Made by a program: the position numbers and the translations under genes
The notes under the pieces: model-generated
What the model was told of the DNA's origin: nothing
Databases searched by the model: none
What the model saw: the letters and a program-made list of their open reading frames with translations, nothing else
Virus record (IMG/VR): IMGVR_UViG_3300037336_000053
Location: 1-64,000 of that record
Reading direction: 5' to 3' (one strand)
Length of the DNA stretch: 64,000 nucleotides
Origin: a virus
Shown here: in pieces, positions 54,717-63,272 of the stretch
Position numbering within the stretch: position 1 is the first letter of the stretch
Layout of the letters: the number at the start of each line of letters is the position of its first letter

Positions 54717-54717
54717 G

Positions 54718-54900
54718 TTATTCTCCTACAACATCTGCTGTTGCAATAATCTCTTTAGTAAAGTTTTCAACGCCATACTTATTGATGGCATTTTTAATAC
54801 CTATACCCATATAGGAATCATTTACATTTTTAGTAGCGTGTCTACTAATGTAATATTTTCCATTTATATGGTTAGTTATTTTATAGATAGTGTAATGCAT
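54718..54900 (-). pseudogene. Truncated Seg-like GIY-YIG endonuclease remnant
   Basis: YTIYKITNHINGKYYISRH..SYMG..IKNAINKYGVENFTKEI, then stop at about 60 aa; YIG changed to YIS, small deletion in the GSG motif, no catalytic Glu/Asn region. Confidence 0.75.
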
Positions 54901-55463
54901 TACCAAGCCCTACAACTCCAATATCTCGCAGATGTACGTGGCCCAGGATTATCGCAATTATGTCTAGCACGGAAACTTCTTCTACGTGCTGGGTTTGATT
55001 TCTTAATACGCATATTAGGATCACCAAAGTTAACTTTAACTATGTTGCCCTTAGGATTCTTTACGTATACTTTAAACTTCTTAACATCGCCTTGCATAGG
55101 TTTACCTAGCGAAACTTTACGGCCTTGATATTCTGCTTCGTCTAGCTCGTCATCTTCGTTAAACCACATGTCACCAAATTCTTCATAGAAGTCATTGCCA
55201 TCTAGAGTAATTTCTTCTACAACTTCTTCATCAACGGGAAATTCAATATCAAAGTCGTCACATCCACATTCAAACATATAGTTTGCTAGGTTGTGTGCAT
55301 ACTCGTCTGCTTCTTCGTTTGTTAATTGTCTTGGCAATGGAATTTGATATACACTTGCACCCTGTGCAGTTTCGTATAATTCGCTACCTGGGAAAATACT
55401 TTCATCTAAACTTTCGTTTAAACTATTATTTTTTTCCATTACTATATATACAAAATGTTTCAT
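54900..55463 (-). CDS. Putative internal-head protein (acidic domain + basic C-terminal module)
   Basis: LNES/LDES/LDEA sites; EAEYQGRKV..KVNFGDPNM..SFRARHNC..YWSCRAW module. Confidence 0.65.
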   Translation of the reverse strand: MKHFVYIVMEKNNSLNESLDESIFPGSELYETAQGASVYQIPLPRQLTNEEADEYAHNLANYMFECGCDDFDIEFPVDEEVVEEITLDGNDFYEEFGDMWFNEDDELDEAEYQGRKVSLGKPMQGDVKKFKVYVKNPKGNIVKVNFGDPNMRIKKSNPARRRSFRARHNCDNPGPRTSARYWSCRAW

Positions 55464-55465
55464 AA

Positions 55466-56896
55466 TTAAATTCCTGTATTACCGTTAAGCGCATATATTG
55501 CGGCAGCAAGTCTATTTATTGCATCAGTTATATCTGCAGGATTAGGATCGGCCCAATGTGCATCTGTGCTTACTGCAAAATCTTGTGTATATGATGCTAA
55601 TCTATCTAGCGCAACATCTACTGTTGAAGGCGTACTGCCGTCCCATACTACTCCTGCGTTTGCAGGATATGGTATTGACGCATTGTGTGTAATCTCGCCT
55701 GTTCCAGCATCATAACCAAGTATGGTTGTACCAACTGCACTTCTAATTGGTTTAACTACAAAACTATCTTCTTGGGTATTGTTTAATATTGAACCTGTTG
55801 CGTTTATTATAATACTATTATCTGCTTGACTAGTCTGGCCTGCATAGAAGCCAATTGCTATTGCGCGAGCACCTTGCCCAGTTTGACCTGCATAGAAGCC
55901 AATTGCTATTGCGTGAGCATCTTGCCCAGTTTGACCTGCATTTGCACCTATGGCTACAGTTGCAGCACCTTGATCTGTTTTTCCTGCCAGATCACCAACT
56001 GCTACCGCTTGTCCGCCTTGATTAGAATTACCTGAGCTCCTACCAACGGCAATGCTATATATACCTTGTGATGTTTCGCCTGCGGCTGTACCGATGGCAA
56101 TTGCACCAGCATTCTGACCAGTTAAACCGGCTTGTGTGCCAATTGCAACGGCTTCAGCAAGTTGATCAGTCATACCTGCTTGGTAACCGATGGCTACACC
56201 GTTTGTCCCTTGACTAGTATTTCCTGAACTGATGCCAATTGCTATTGCACTTGCACCTTGAGTTGTTTGCCCTGCCGTGTAGCCAATTCCGATTGCCGCA
56301 ATGCCCTGGTTAGTATCGCCTGCACCAAATCCAAGTGCAATGCCATATGTACCTTGGTTAGTAAAACCTGCACTATTGCCTAATGCTATATTATTGTCGC
56401 TTGTTCTTAAACTTGCTGTTTCAATGTCGCCAACAATCTTACTATTAACACCGTCAACTAGTAATGTACTATCATCTCCAAACACACTACCTGTAACATC
56501 GCCATCAACGTTGCCAGCTAAGGTTCCGTTAAATATTTTGTTAGTTGCATCTACTATTTGTGTGCTGCTATCGTTTGAGAATACACTACCCACATGGTCG
56601 CCTTGCGTATTACCTACAAAAAGATTACCGCTGAGTGCAGACAAGTCTGGCTTGTTAGTTAAGTCGTCGTAGTCCCCGCTAAACTGTGTGTCGTCTAAGT
56701 ACGCAGACAAGTCTACACTATTACCGTCACTAATACTAAGCATGTCGCCTACTAGAGCAAGTGTTTGTGCGTCTGTGTTTAAATTTCTTGCGTATACTTC
56801 ATCAAAGTTGTCATTAACTTTGTCAAACGCAGAACGAATACTTTCACCGTCTCCAGTTAATTCACCTGTTCCTAAATTGATCGTTTGCTTTGTCAT
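55466..56896 (-). CDS. Fibre-like virion protein with YadA-head-like repeats
   Basis: INLGTG..DGESIRSAFDKVNDNF N-terminus; twelve 16-aa IAIG..AG.T.Q repeats. Confidence 0.8.
   Translation of the reverse strand: MTKQTINLGTGELTGDGESIRSAFDKVNDNFDEVYARNLNTDAQTLALVGDMLSISDGNSVDLSAYLDDTQFSGDYDDLTNKPDLSALSGNLFVGNTQGDHVGSVFSNDSSTQIVDATNKIFNGTLAGNVDGDVTGSVFGDDSTLLVDGVNSKIVGDIETASLRTSDNNIALGNSAGFTNQGTYGIALGFGAGDTNQGIAAIGIGYTAGQTTQGASAIAIGISSGNTSQGTNGVAIGYQAGMTDQLAEAVAIGTQAGLTGQNAGAIAIGTAAGETSQGIYSIAVGRSSGNSNQGGQAVAVGDLAGKTDQGAATVAIGANAGQTGQDAHAIAIGFYAGQTGQGARAIAIGFYAGQTSQADNSIIINATGSILNNTQEDSFVVKPIRSAVGTTILGYDAGTGEITHNASIPYPANAGVVWDGSTPSTVDVALDRLASYTQDFAVSTDAHWADPNPADITDAINRLAAAIYALNGNTGI
55814..56389 (-). 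repeat. 12 x 48-bp (16-aa) coding repeat; near-identical 48-bp tandem pair at 55839-55934
   Basis: Units (I/V)(A/G)(I/L/V)GxxAGxTxQxxxx. The two units at 55839 and 55887 differ at only 2 nt. Confidence 0.9.
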
Positions 56897-56907
56897 CTAT
56901 TACGCCC

Positions 56908-57312
56908 TTAATGGTTTAATCTTATACTGTTAACTGTGCCGTCGGTCCAATTACTAACATATGCTCTTACCCAAACATAGTTTCCAGTAAAATTATAGTT
57001 TTTAGTATTAGTTGTAACACTAGTATATTCTATAGATGTAATACTTTGAGTTGCAACTAAACCAGTAGTGTCAACACTTTGTCTACCGGAGTCTAAAACT
57101 AAAGTAAACCAGTCAGCTTCTACTGGGTTAGTTGCAAGTGTTCCTTGCATAGCCACTTTCCCAATAAACCCTGCTAGGTCTACTTGTACTGTATGGAAAC
57201 CATCACTACGTCCGTAGTAACCGTCGCCTTTGAATTTCTCCCCAGTGATGACAGTATTTGCACTGTCTCCTGGGTGCGTATTTGCTGATAAGATTGTTTC
57301 ACTGTTTGCCAT
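56908..57312 (-). CDS. Hypothetical virion protein
   Basis: TAAATA at 57318-57323 just before ATG 57312; GDGYYG..DGFHTVQ, NFTGNYVWVRA. Confidence 0.7.
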   Translation of the reverse strand: MANSETILSANTHPGDSANTVITGEKFKGDGYYGRSDGFHTVQVDLAGFIGKVAMQGTLATNPVEADWFTLVLDSGRQSVDTTGLVATQSITSIEYTSVTTNTKNYNFTGNYVWVRAYVSNWTDGTVNSIRLNH

Positions 57313-57316
57313 ATAA

Positions 57317-57985
57317 CTATTTATCAATATTTGTATTGTATACTAATTTGTCTATTCGCGACAGTTTACCAACAAATAAATTTAATAGTTGTATTATCTT
57401 ATCATCTCTAGCATAAAAATACATACCTCGAACGTAACCTCCGCGTTCGATAGTTTCTAAACACGTATTACCTGCTTTAACTTTGTCAGAATTATTTCTA
57501 ATCCAGTTGGCTAAATTTTTATCACAAGAATACCCCAATGTAACTTTATATAGATAGTCGGCAGGGCGATTAACTAAAATAATATTTTTATCCAGTATAG
57601 ATACGTTACCAGCTTTGGGTTCCCATAGTTCTTTAGAAGATTTAATCTTTAAAGCTAGCATCGCTAACCAATCGTAATTATGTGAGTATATTTGCATATA
57701 TGGATTAGATATACGAAGTTTAAAATCACGTTGTTTACAAAACTCTATGTAAATATTTTTAGCTTCAAAGAATGTATCAAGGTCAACTGGATACTTATAT
57801 CCATACGAGCCCCTAACAAGGGGCTCGTTTGAATCGTATTTTTGTTGTAATACATCTAGTTCTTCTTTCGCATTTGAAAGATTTTTATCTCTAAACAAAT
57901 ACGAAAGTCCGTTTACTACAACTAGTTTATATAGATACTCGTCATAAAACAGTTTAGTAGTTTCACACTTGATCAACAGTTTCAT
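57317..57985 (-). CDS. Hypothetical protein
   Basis: Start at ATG 57985 inside the clpA 3' end; KLFYDEYLYKL. Confidence 0.65.
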   Translation of the reverse strand: MKLLIKCETTKLFYDEYLYKLVVVNGLSYLFRDKNLSNAKEELDVLQQKYDSNEPLVRGSYGYKYPVDLDTFFEAKNIYIEFCKQRDFKLRISNPYMQIYSHNYDWLAMLALKIKSSKELWEPKAGNVSILDKNIILVNRPADYLYKVTLGYSCDKNLANWIRNNSDKVKAGNTCLETIERGGYVRGMYFYARDDKIIQLLNLFVGKLSRIDKLVYNTNIDK

Positions 57986-60203
57986 TAACTTCCACCTTGA
58001 GTACAATAGCATTGTCAACTACATCAATAGTCAAATTGCCTCCGTCTTTAAGTTTTCCAAACAGTAGTTCTCTTGCAAGTGGCATTTTAATTTCTTTATC
58101 AATAACACGTTGCAACGGACGAGCACCCATCTTAGGATCAAATCCTTTGTCTACTAAGTAGTCAAGTGTTTCGTCAGTAATAGAGATTTTAACACGTTTG
58201 TCTTTAACTTGGTCTTTAAGTTCAACAAGGAACTTACCAACAATTTTAAGCATGATCTCTTTACCAAGTTTAGCAAATGTAATCACACCGTCTAAACGAT
58301 TGCGGAACTCTGGACTAAAGAATTTCTTAAGAGCTTTATCTTCGTAAGAATTATCTTGGAAGTCTCCGCCGAAGCCGATGCTATTCTTCTCTGAATCAGC
58401 AGCACCTAAGTTAGTAGTAAGGATTAGTACACAGTTACGTGCGTCTGCTTCTTTACCATTAGATCCTGTGATCTTACCATTGTCCATAATTTGCAACAAA
58501 ATTTGACTAACATCAGGGTGTGCTTTTTCAATCTCGTCTAGTAGTAATACACAGTTAGGATTTTCTTGCAACTTAACAATAAGTTGTCCTGCACTATCTT
58601 CGTGACCAACATATCCTGGAGGCGACCCAATCAGCTTACTTACACTGTGTTTCTCTTGATATTCACTCATATCAAAGCGTACAAGTTTAACACCTAGGTT
58701 AGTAGCAAGTGCTTTTGCAGTTTCAGTTTTACCTGTACCAGTTGGACCCATAAACACAAAACTACCAATAGGCTTGTCTGCTGATTTTAACCCTGCTTGT
58801 GCAACAAGAATCTTATCAACAATACTTTCAACTGCCTTATCTTGCCCGTATACTTGACGTTTGATGTTACGTTCAAGATTAGCAAGATTTTCAGTTTCTC
58901 TTTCGCTTACTTGTTCTTCAGGCAAGTTAACTGCTTTAGCAAGTTCGTATTGGATCTCAAATGCATCCACAATTTTATCACCGATTACTTCTTTCAGATT
59001 AAAACGTGAACATGCTTGGTCTATTAAATCAATTGCTTTATCAGGCAGCTTCTTATCTGCTTGATATTTTACTGAAAGTTTAATTGCTTCGTCAATCGCT
59101 GCTTCAGTAATAGTAGTTTTATGATAGTCTTCGTAATACTTTTTAAGACCAAGCAAGATATCTTTAGTCACACTTGCTGTAGGCTCATCAACTGTAACAC
59201 GTTGGAATCGACGCATCAATGCACGATCCTTTTCAAAGTACTTGCGATATTCTTCCCAAGTGGTAGATGCAACAACTTTAATGTTACCTTTGCTCAATGC
59301 AGGTTTTAACATGTTAGCAAGGTCATTAGCACTATTACCTCCGCCCGCGCCTGCTCCGCTAATCATGTGTGCTTCGTCAATAAACATAATAGTTTTGCCT
59401 TTTTTCTTTAAGGCTTGAAGGACTAGTTTAAAACGTTCTTCAAAGTCACCACGATATTTACTACCAGCAAGCATACTACCAATGTCTAGATTATAAACAT
59501 TGTAGTCTTGTAGGAATGCAGGAACAGTTTTCTGTTCAATATTAAATGCTAGGCCTTCTGCAATAGCAGTTTTACCTACACCCGGATCACCAACTAGCAA
59601 TACGTTGTTTTTATTACGACGACCTAATGCAAGAGCAATTGCATCCAATTCTTCTTTACGTCCAATAACTGGATCAATAGTTTTCTTTTTAACTTCGTCG
59701 TTGAGATTAGTTGTAAATGATCGCAGAGCTTTAGCTGCTGCACCGCTCATTTCTTCTTCTTCTTCGACTTCCACTTCGCTACTTAGATAGCTAGCAAACT
59801 TATCCTTGACAATACCTGCTTGATCACAGTAGAATGCTGCGTGGGATTTCTTCTCACTGATAATGCTTAACATCACATCGCTTAGTTCAATATGACTACG
59901 ACCATTAAACAGCGTCTGTGTAAACGCACGATTCAAACAGCGTTCGACAGTTTGTGTCTTCTTAGGTTTAAATTTTTCAACTTCTGTTTTAATGTCGTCG
60001 CAACTATTTTTTAGATAATGTTCTAGATTAGATTTTAGATAATCAGGATCAGCACCGAACCCTTTAACTAGATTGTAAAAGTTTTCACTGCACAACATTG
60101 AGAACAACAAATGCTCTAGTGTAACATATTCATGTTTTAATTTCTGAGCATCTTTGACAGCCTTATCAAATACTAGTTGTAGATCTTTACTTGGTTCAAC
60201 CAT
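57963..60203 (-). CDS. clpA: ATP-dependent Clp protease ATP-binding subunit ClpA
   Basis: HEYVTLEHLL N-domain, two Walker A motifs (GDPGVGKT, GPTGTGKT), RFDMSEY, IGSPPGYVG, GARPLQR. Confidence 0.95.
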   Translation of the reverse strand: MVEPSKDLQLVFDKAVKDAQKLKHEYVTLEHLLFSMLCSENFYNLVKGFGADPDYLKSNLEHYLKNSCDDIKTEVEKFKPKKTQTVERCLNRAFTQTLFNGRSHIELSDVMLSIISEKKSHAAFYCDQAGIVKDKFASYLSSEVEVEEEEEMSGAAAKALRSFTTNLNDEVKKKTIDPVIGRKEELDAIALALGRRNKNNVLLVGDPGVGKTAIAEGLAFNIEQKTVPAFLQDYNVYNLDIGSMLAGSKYRGDFEERFKLVLQALKKKGKTIMFIDEAHMISGAGAGGGNSANDLANMLKPALSKGNIKVVASTTWEEYRKYFEKDRALMRRFQRVTVDEPTASVTKDILLGLKKYYEDYHKTTITEAAIDEAIKLSVKYQADKKLPDKAIDLIDQACSRFNLKEVIGDKIVDAFEIQYELAKAVNLPEEQVSERETENLANLERNIKRQVYGQDKAVESIVDKILVAQAGLKSADKPIGSFVFMGPTGTGKTETAKALATNLGVKLVRFDMSEYQEKHSVSKLIGSPPGYVGHEDSAGQLIVKLQENPNCVLLLDEIEKAHPDVSQILLQIMDNGKITGSNGKEADARNCVLILTTNLGAADSEKNSIGFGGDFQDNSYEDKALKKFFSPEFRNRLDGVITFAKLGKEIMLKIVGKFLVELKDQVKDKRVKISITDETLDYLVDKGFDPKMGARPLQRVIDKEIKMPLARELLFGKLKDGGNLTIDVVDNAIVLKVEVNETVDQV

Positions 60204-60705
60204 TTGCATGTTCCTTTATTAATTTCTTTTGTTTCTTTTTAGCCATTGATAATTTTAATTTACTTGTTCTATCAGTAAATTCAATTCCTTGAAGATGATC
60301 ATATTCGTGTAAGAAGCAACGTGCATCTATCCCACTAAACTGTAGTATACACTCTTTTGCATCAATGTCAAGAAACTGCGCCACCAAACGTTTAGGTCTA
60401 TTAACATTTAATATTAATCCTATGTGACTTAAACATCCTTCTTTCCCTGTAACTGTGTCTTCGCTAATTTCTAATATAACAGGATTAATTACTGCAAAAG
60501 GTTTAGTAACTTCTGCATGTTCAACGGGTCTCATAACAAAAATCTGTGCATCTAATCCAACTTGATTAGCAGCAAGCCCGAGGCCATTCTTTGCCATCAT
60601 TATTTGACACATCTCTCCGGTAATTTGTTTAGCATCCATTGTTTCAAATTCAAAAGGTTTTACAGCCTTGTTTAAAAAATCATTAGGAGAGCTTATTAAT
60701 TTCAT
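60196..60705 (-). CDS. def: Peptide deformylase
   Basis: [21 protein letters not shown]. Confidence 0.95.
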   Translation of the reverse strand: MKLISSPNDFLNKAVKPFEFETMDAKQITGEMCQIMMAKNGLGLAANQVGLDAQIFVMRPVEHAEVTKPFAVINPVILEISEDTVTGKEGCLSHIGLILNVNRPKRLVAQFLDIDAKECILQFSGIDARCFLHEYDHLQGIEFTDRTSKLKLSMAKKKQKKLIKEHANG

Positions 60706-61525
60706 CTTTTATATCCTTTAGTCTTTGTAATATTTCTTCGTCTTTTATTTTTGGAATGTCTGCTTCAACTTTGATATGTGCATTACCTGGCCTTCTTGTA
60801 TTTACATTAGGCACACCTTGTCCTGATATACTAAAGACTGTTCCGGGCTTAGTTCCTTTTGGTATAGTTAAACTAAAATGCTTATTTGCAGGGGTTGATA
60901 TTTCTATGTTAGTTCCTAACATTAAATCAAATACAGAAATGTTTTCTGTTGTAATAATATTATCATTATCTCTAGTCCACTTTGGATGAGGTTGAACTTT
61001 AATATTAAGAACTAAGTTTCCTCTTGGCACTTGCGGGAAACTATCATCTCCCATACCACCAAATCGAACACTATCATTTTGTTTCACGCCTGGCGGAACA
61101 GCAGCATCTAGTATTTCTGTTTTTCCGCTAGGAAGTCTATATTGTATGTTAACAGCTTTTCCAGTAAACAATTCTTCAAATGTCAGTCTATATTCTATTG
61201 TAACATCTCTATTGCGGGGTTGTCTACTCTGTTGGCCACCAAACCCAGGATTTGTGCTATATTGACGGAACAAATCTTCAAACGAACCTGTATTACCCCC
61301 AGCATTAAATCCTCGACTATTATTAAATTTAGGTTGAGGATTGTCGTATTCTGAACGTTTTTGCAGATCACTTAGTGTAGCATACGCTTCTTGAATTTGT
61401 TTGAACTTAGTATCATCACCGCCATTGCGATCAGGATGGTGCTGCATCGCAAGTTTGCGATATGCTTTTTTTATTTCTTCTGGAGTAGCGTTGCGAGCAA
61501 CACCTAAAAGTTTGTAATAGTCCAT
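60683..61525 (-). CDS. dnaJ: DnaJ/CbpA-type co-chaperone (no Zn finger)
   Basis: J-domain with HPD, G/F-rich linker and DnaJ_C domain. Confidence 0.9.
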   Translation of the reverse strand: MDYYKLLGVARNATPEEIKKAYRKLAMQHHPDRNGGDDTKFKQIQEAYATLSDLQKRSEYDNPQPKFNNSRGFNAGGNTGSFEDLFRQYSTNPGFGGQQSRQPRNRDVTIEYRLTFEELFTGKAVNIQYRLPSGKTEILDAAVPPGVKQNDSVRFGGMGDDSFPQVPRGNLVLNIKVQPHPKWTRDNDNIITTENISVFDLMLGTNIEISTPANKHFSLTIPKGTKPGTVFSISGQGVPNVNTRRPGNAHIKVEADIPKIKDEEILQRLKDIKDEINKLS

Positions 61526-61568
61526 GCAATTACTTATCGTACGGACTATTACATTTAGTTAGTAATGA

Positions 61569-61904
61569 TTACTTGTTTGTCATTGCTTCTTTAGCATAGA
61601 ACGCTGCTACAATTGCCGCAACAGATACAAAGTAAGTAGGTGCCATTGACCCTAGTACTGTTGCAGCCTGATCTAAGCCTGCAAATACTGCTGCTACAAC
61701 TGCAAACGGGTATAGTAGCATACCAAATAATGCAAACCATGCCATGTTACGCTGTGCATCACGCATAGCATCTTGATCTTCTAAACGCTTGCGTTTAAAC
61801 TCTAGATCCATTGCTGCTTTAGCTTTGGTAATATGTCCATCACCGTTTGCATCCATAGTGGTTGCAACTTCACTGTCTATTGTAATTGTTTTCTTCTCAG
61901 CCAT
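61569..61904 (-). CDS. Membrane protein with a degenerate EF-hand
   Basis: DANGDGHIT loop plus two to three TM helices. Confidence 0.6.
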   Translation of the reverse strand: MAEKKTITIDSEVATTMDANGDGHITKAKAAMDLEFKRKRLEDQDAMRDAQRNMAWFALFGMLLYPFAVVAAVFAGLDQAATVLGSMAPTYFVSVAAIVAAFYAKEAMTNK

Positions 61905-62185
61905 TATTTCTTTTCCTCGAGTTTGTTAAGACGTGCTTCGAGCTCGTCGATCTTTTTAGTAACATGAGGATATTTTTGACGCCACGCATCTTCAGGTTGG
62001 TCAAACCAAGTCAAACCGTATCGATCTCTTAAGAAATCTAATAGTTGATCAAACTTAGCATAGCACCATAAGCCTGCTCTAGTGTCTTTAAAATAAGCTA
62101 AGAATGCCGCTCCAAGAAGTGATCCTAGTATTGCTGTGTATATCCAGAGAGTATCTCCAAATATCCTATCGATCATTTCAATCAT
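61904..62185 (-). CDS. Small membrane-anchored hypothetical protein
   Basis: N-terminal TM helix, C-terminal coiled coil. Confidence 0.65.
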   Translation of the reverse strand: MIEMIDRIFGDTLWIYTAILGSLLGAAFLAYFKDTRAGLWCYAKFDQLLDFLRDRYGLTWFDQPEDAWRQKYPHVTKKIDELEARLNKLEEKK

Positions 62186-62266
62186 TAATCGCCCCCATTG
62201 CTAACGTATAACGCCCTCACGTTATATGCTATTATTTAGTTGTTATTATACTCTAAAACTTTTACC

Positions 62267-62851
62267 TTAGCTGATCAATTCATATCGTGCAGTTGCTTTA
62301 TTAAACATCACCAACCCCTGTTTCACTAGGGCAAAGACAATACTCTCAGATTCGGCATGTAGTTTATTGTGTTCTGCTACGCTGGTCAGAAACAAATTTT
62401 CTATTTTATTATTTTTTTTATCGCCATCGATGTGATGTACTATTTCTCCGCGGGCGAGTCCTCGTTCTAGATAACATTCCATTACAAACAAGTGTTCCCG
62501 TATACACCTATATCCACCTTTTCTATAGGGATAATCTTTGCCTATATAAACTTCTGGATATCCATCTTTACCATTAACCACCTTCCCTAAGTTAGGTATA
62601 AATTTATTCACAACTTTTGAATCGTATCCTGCAACACTAGCGAGTTTATTTAATCCCACTTTGCTAATACAGGTTTTACAATATGCTTTCACATTGGTAT
62701 CATACTTTCCATTTCGTGCTTTGGAAAATTCTATAGTACAATTATCACACTTCCAATGCGTTAAAGTTTTAGTTCGAGTATATTCTGTAAGTTTGGCAAA
62801 CTTACTTTTTTTTGTATAGGCATTAGTTTCTGTGGTTTCAAATAGGAACAT
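62267..62851 (-). mobile_element. Free-standing HNH homing endonuclease
   Basis: EHLFVME..VHHIDGDKKNNKIENL; N-terminal CxxC..CxxC; AAGGAG SD and TAAATA at 62870-62875. Confidence 0.85.
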
Positions 62852-62918
62852 GTACATTCTCCTTCATTTTATTTAGCCTTACGAAGGAAAAACATAACTT
62901 TTATCTTTCATTCGGCTT

Positions 62919-63245
62919 TTAAATACGAAAGCTACTACCACAACCACAACGATCGCGTTCGTTTGGGTTTGAGAAATCAAACCCTTCATTTAATCCATTA
63001 CGTATCCAATCTACTGTCATACCATCTAAGTATGCTAGTCCTTTGGCATCTATTAACACTACAAATTCAGGCTGAGCAAAATTGGTTACGCCTGCTTCTG
63101 CTTCATACACATCTACATACTCAAAAGTATACGCCAACCCACTACATCCTGTAGTTTTAACACCTAGTCTAACTCCGTCACCGTGTCCACGATGTTTAAG
63201 AAGCTGTGTTATTTTTTGCTTAGCCTTGTCTGTTAAGGTAATCAT
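62919..63245 (-). CDS. iscA: Fe-S cluster assembly A-type carrier IscA
   Basis: GVKTTGCSGLAY, FSNPNE..CGCGSSF. Confidence 0.95.
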   Translation of the reverse strand: MITLTDKAKQKITQLLKHRGHGDGVRLGVKTTGCSGLAYTFEYVDVYEAEAGVTNFAQPEFVVLIDAKGLAYLDGMTVDWIRNGLNEGFDFSNPNERDRCGCGSSFRI

Positions 63246-63272
63246 TCACGGCTGCCTTATGCGTTAGTGTTA

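Noticed and set aside
61569-61904. Functional calcium-binding EF-hand or holin
   Set aside because: Position 12 of the loop is Lys rather than Glu, and no endolysin/spanin is adjacent. Left as an unassigned membrane protein.
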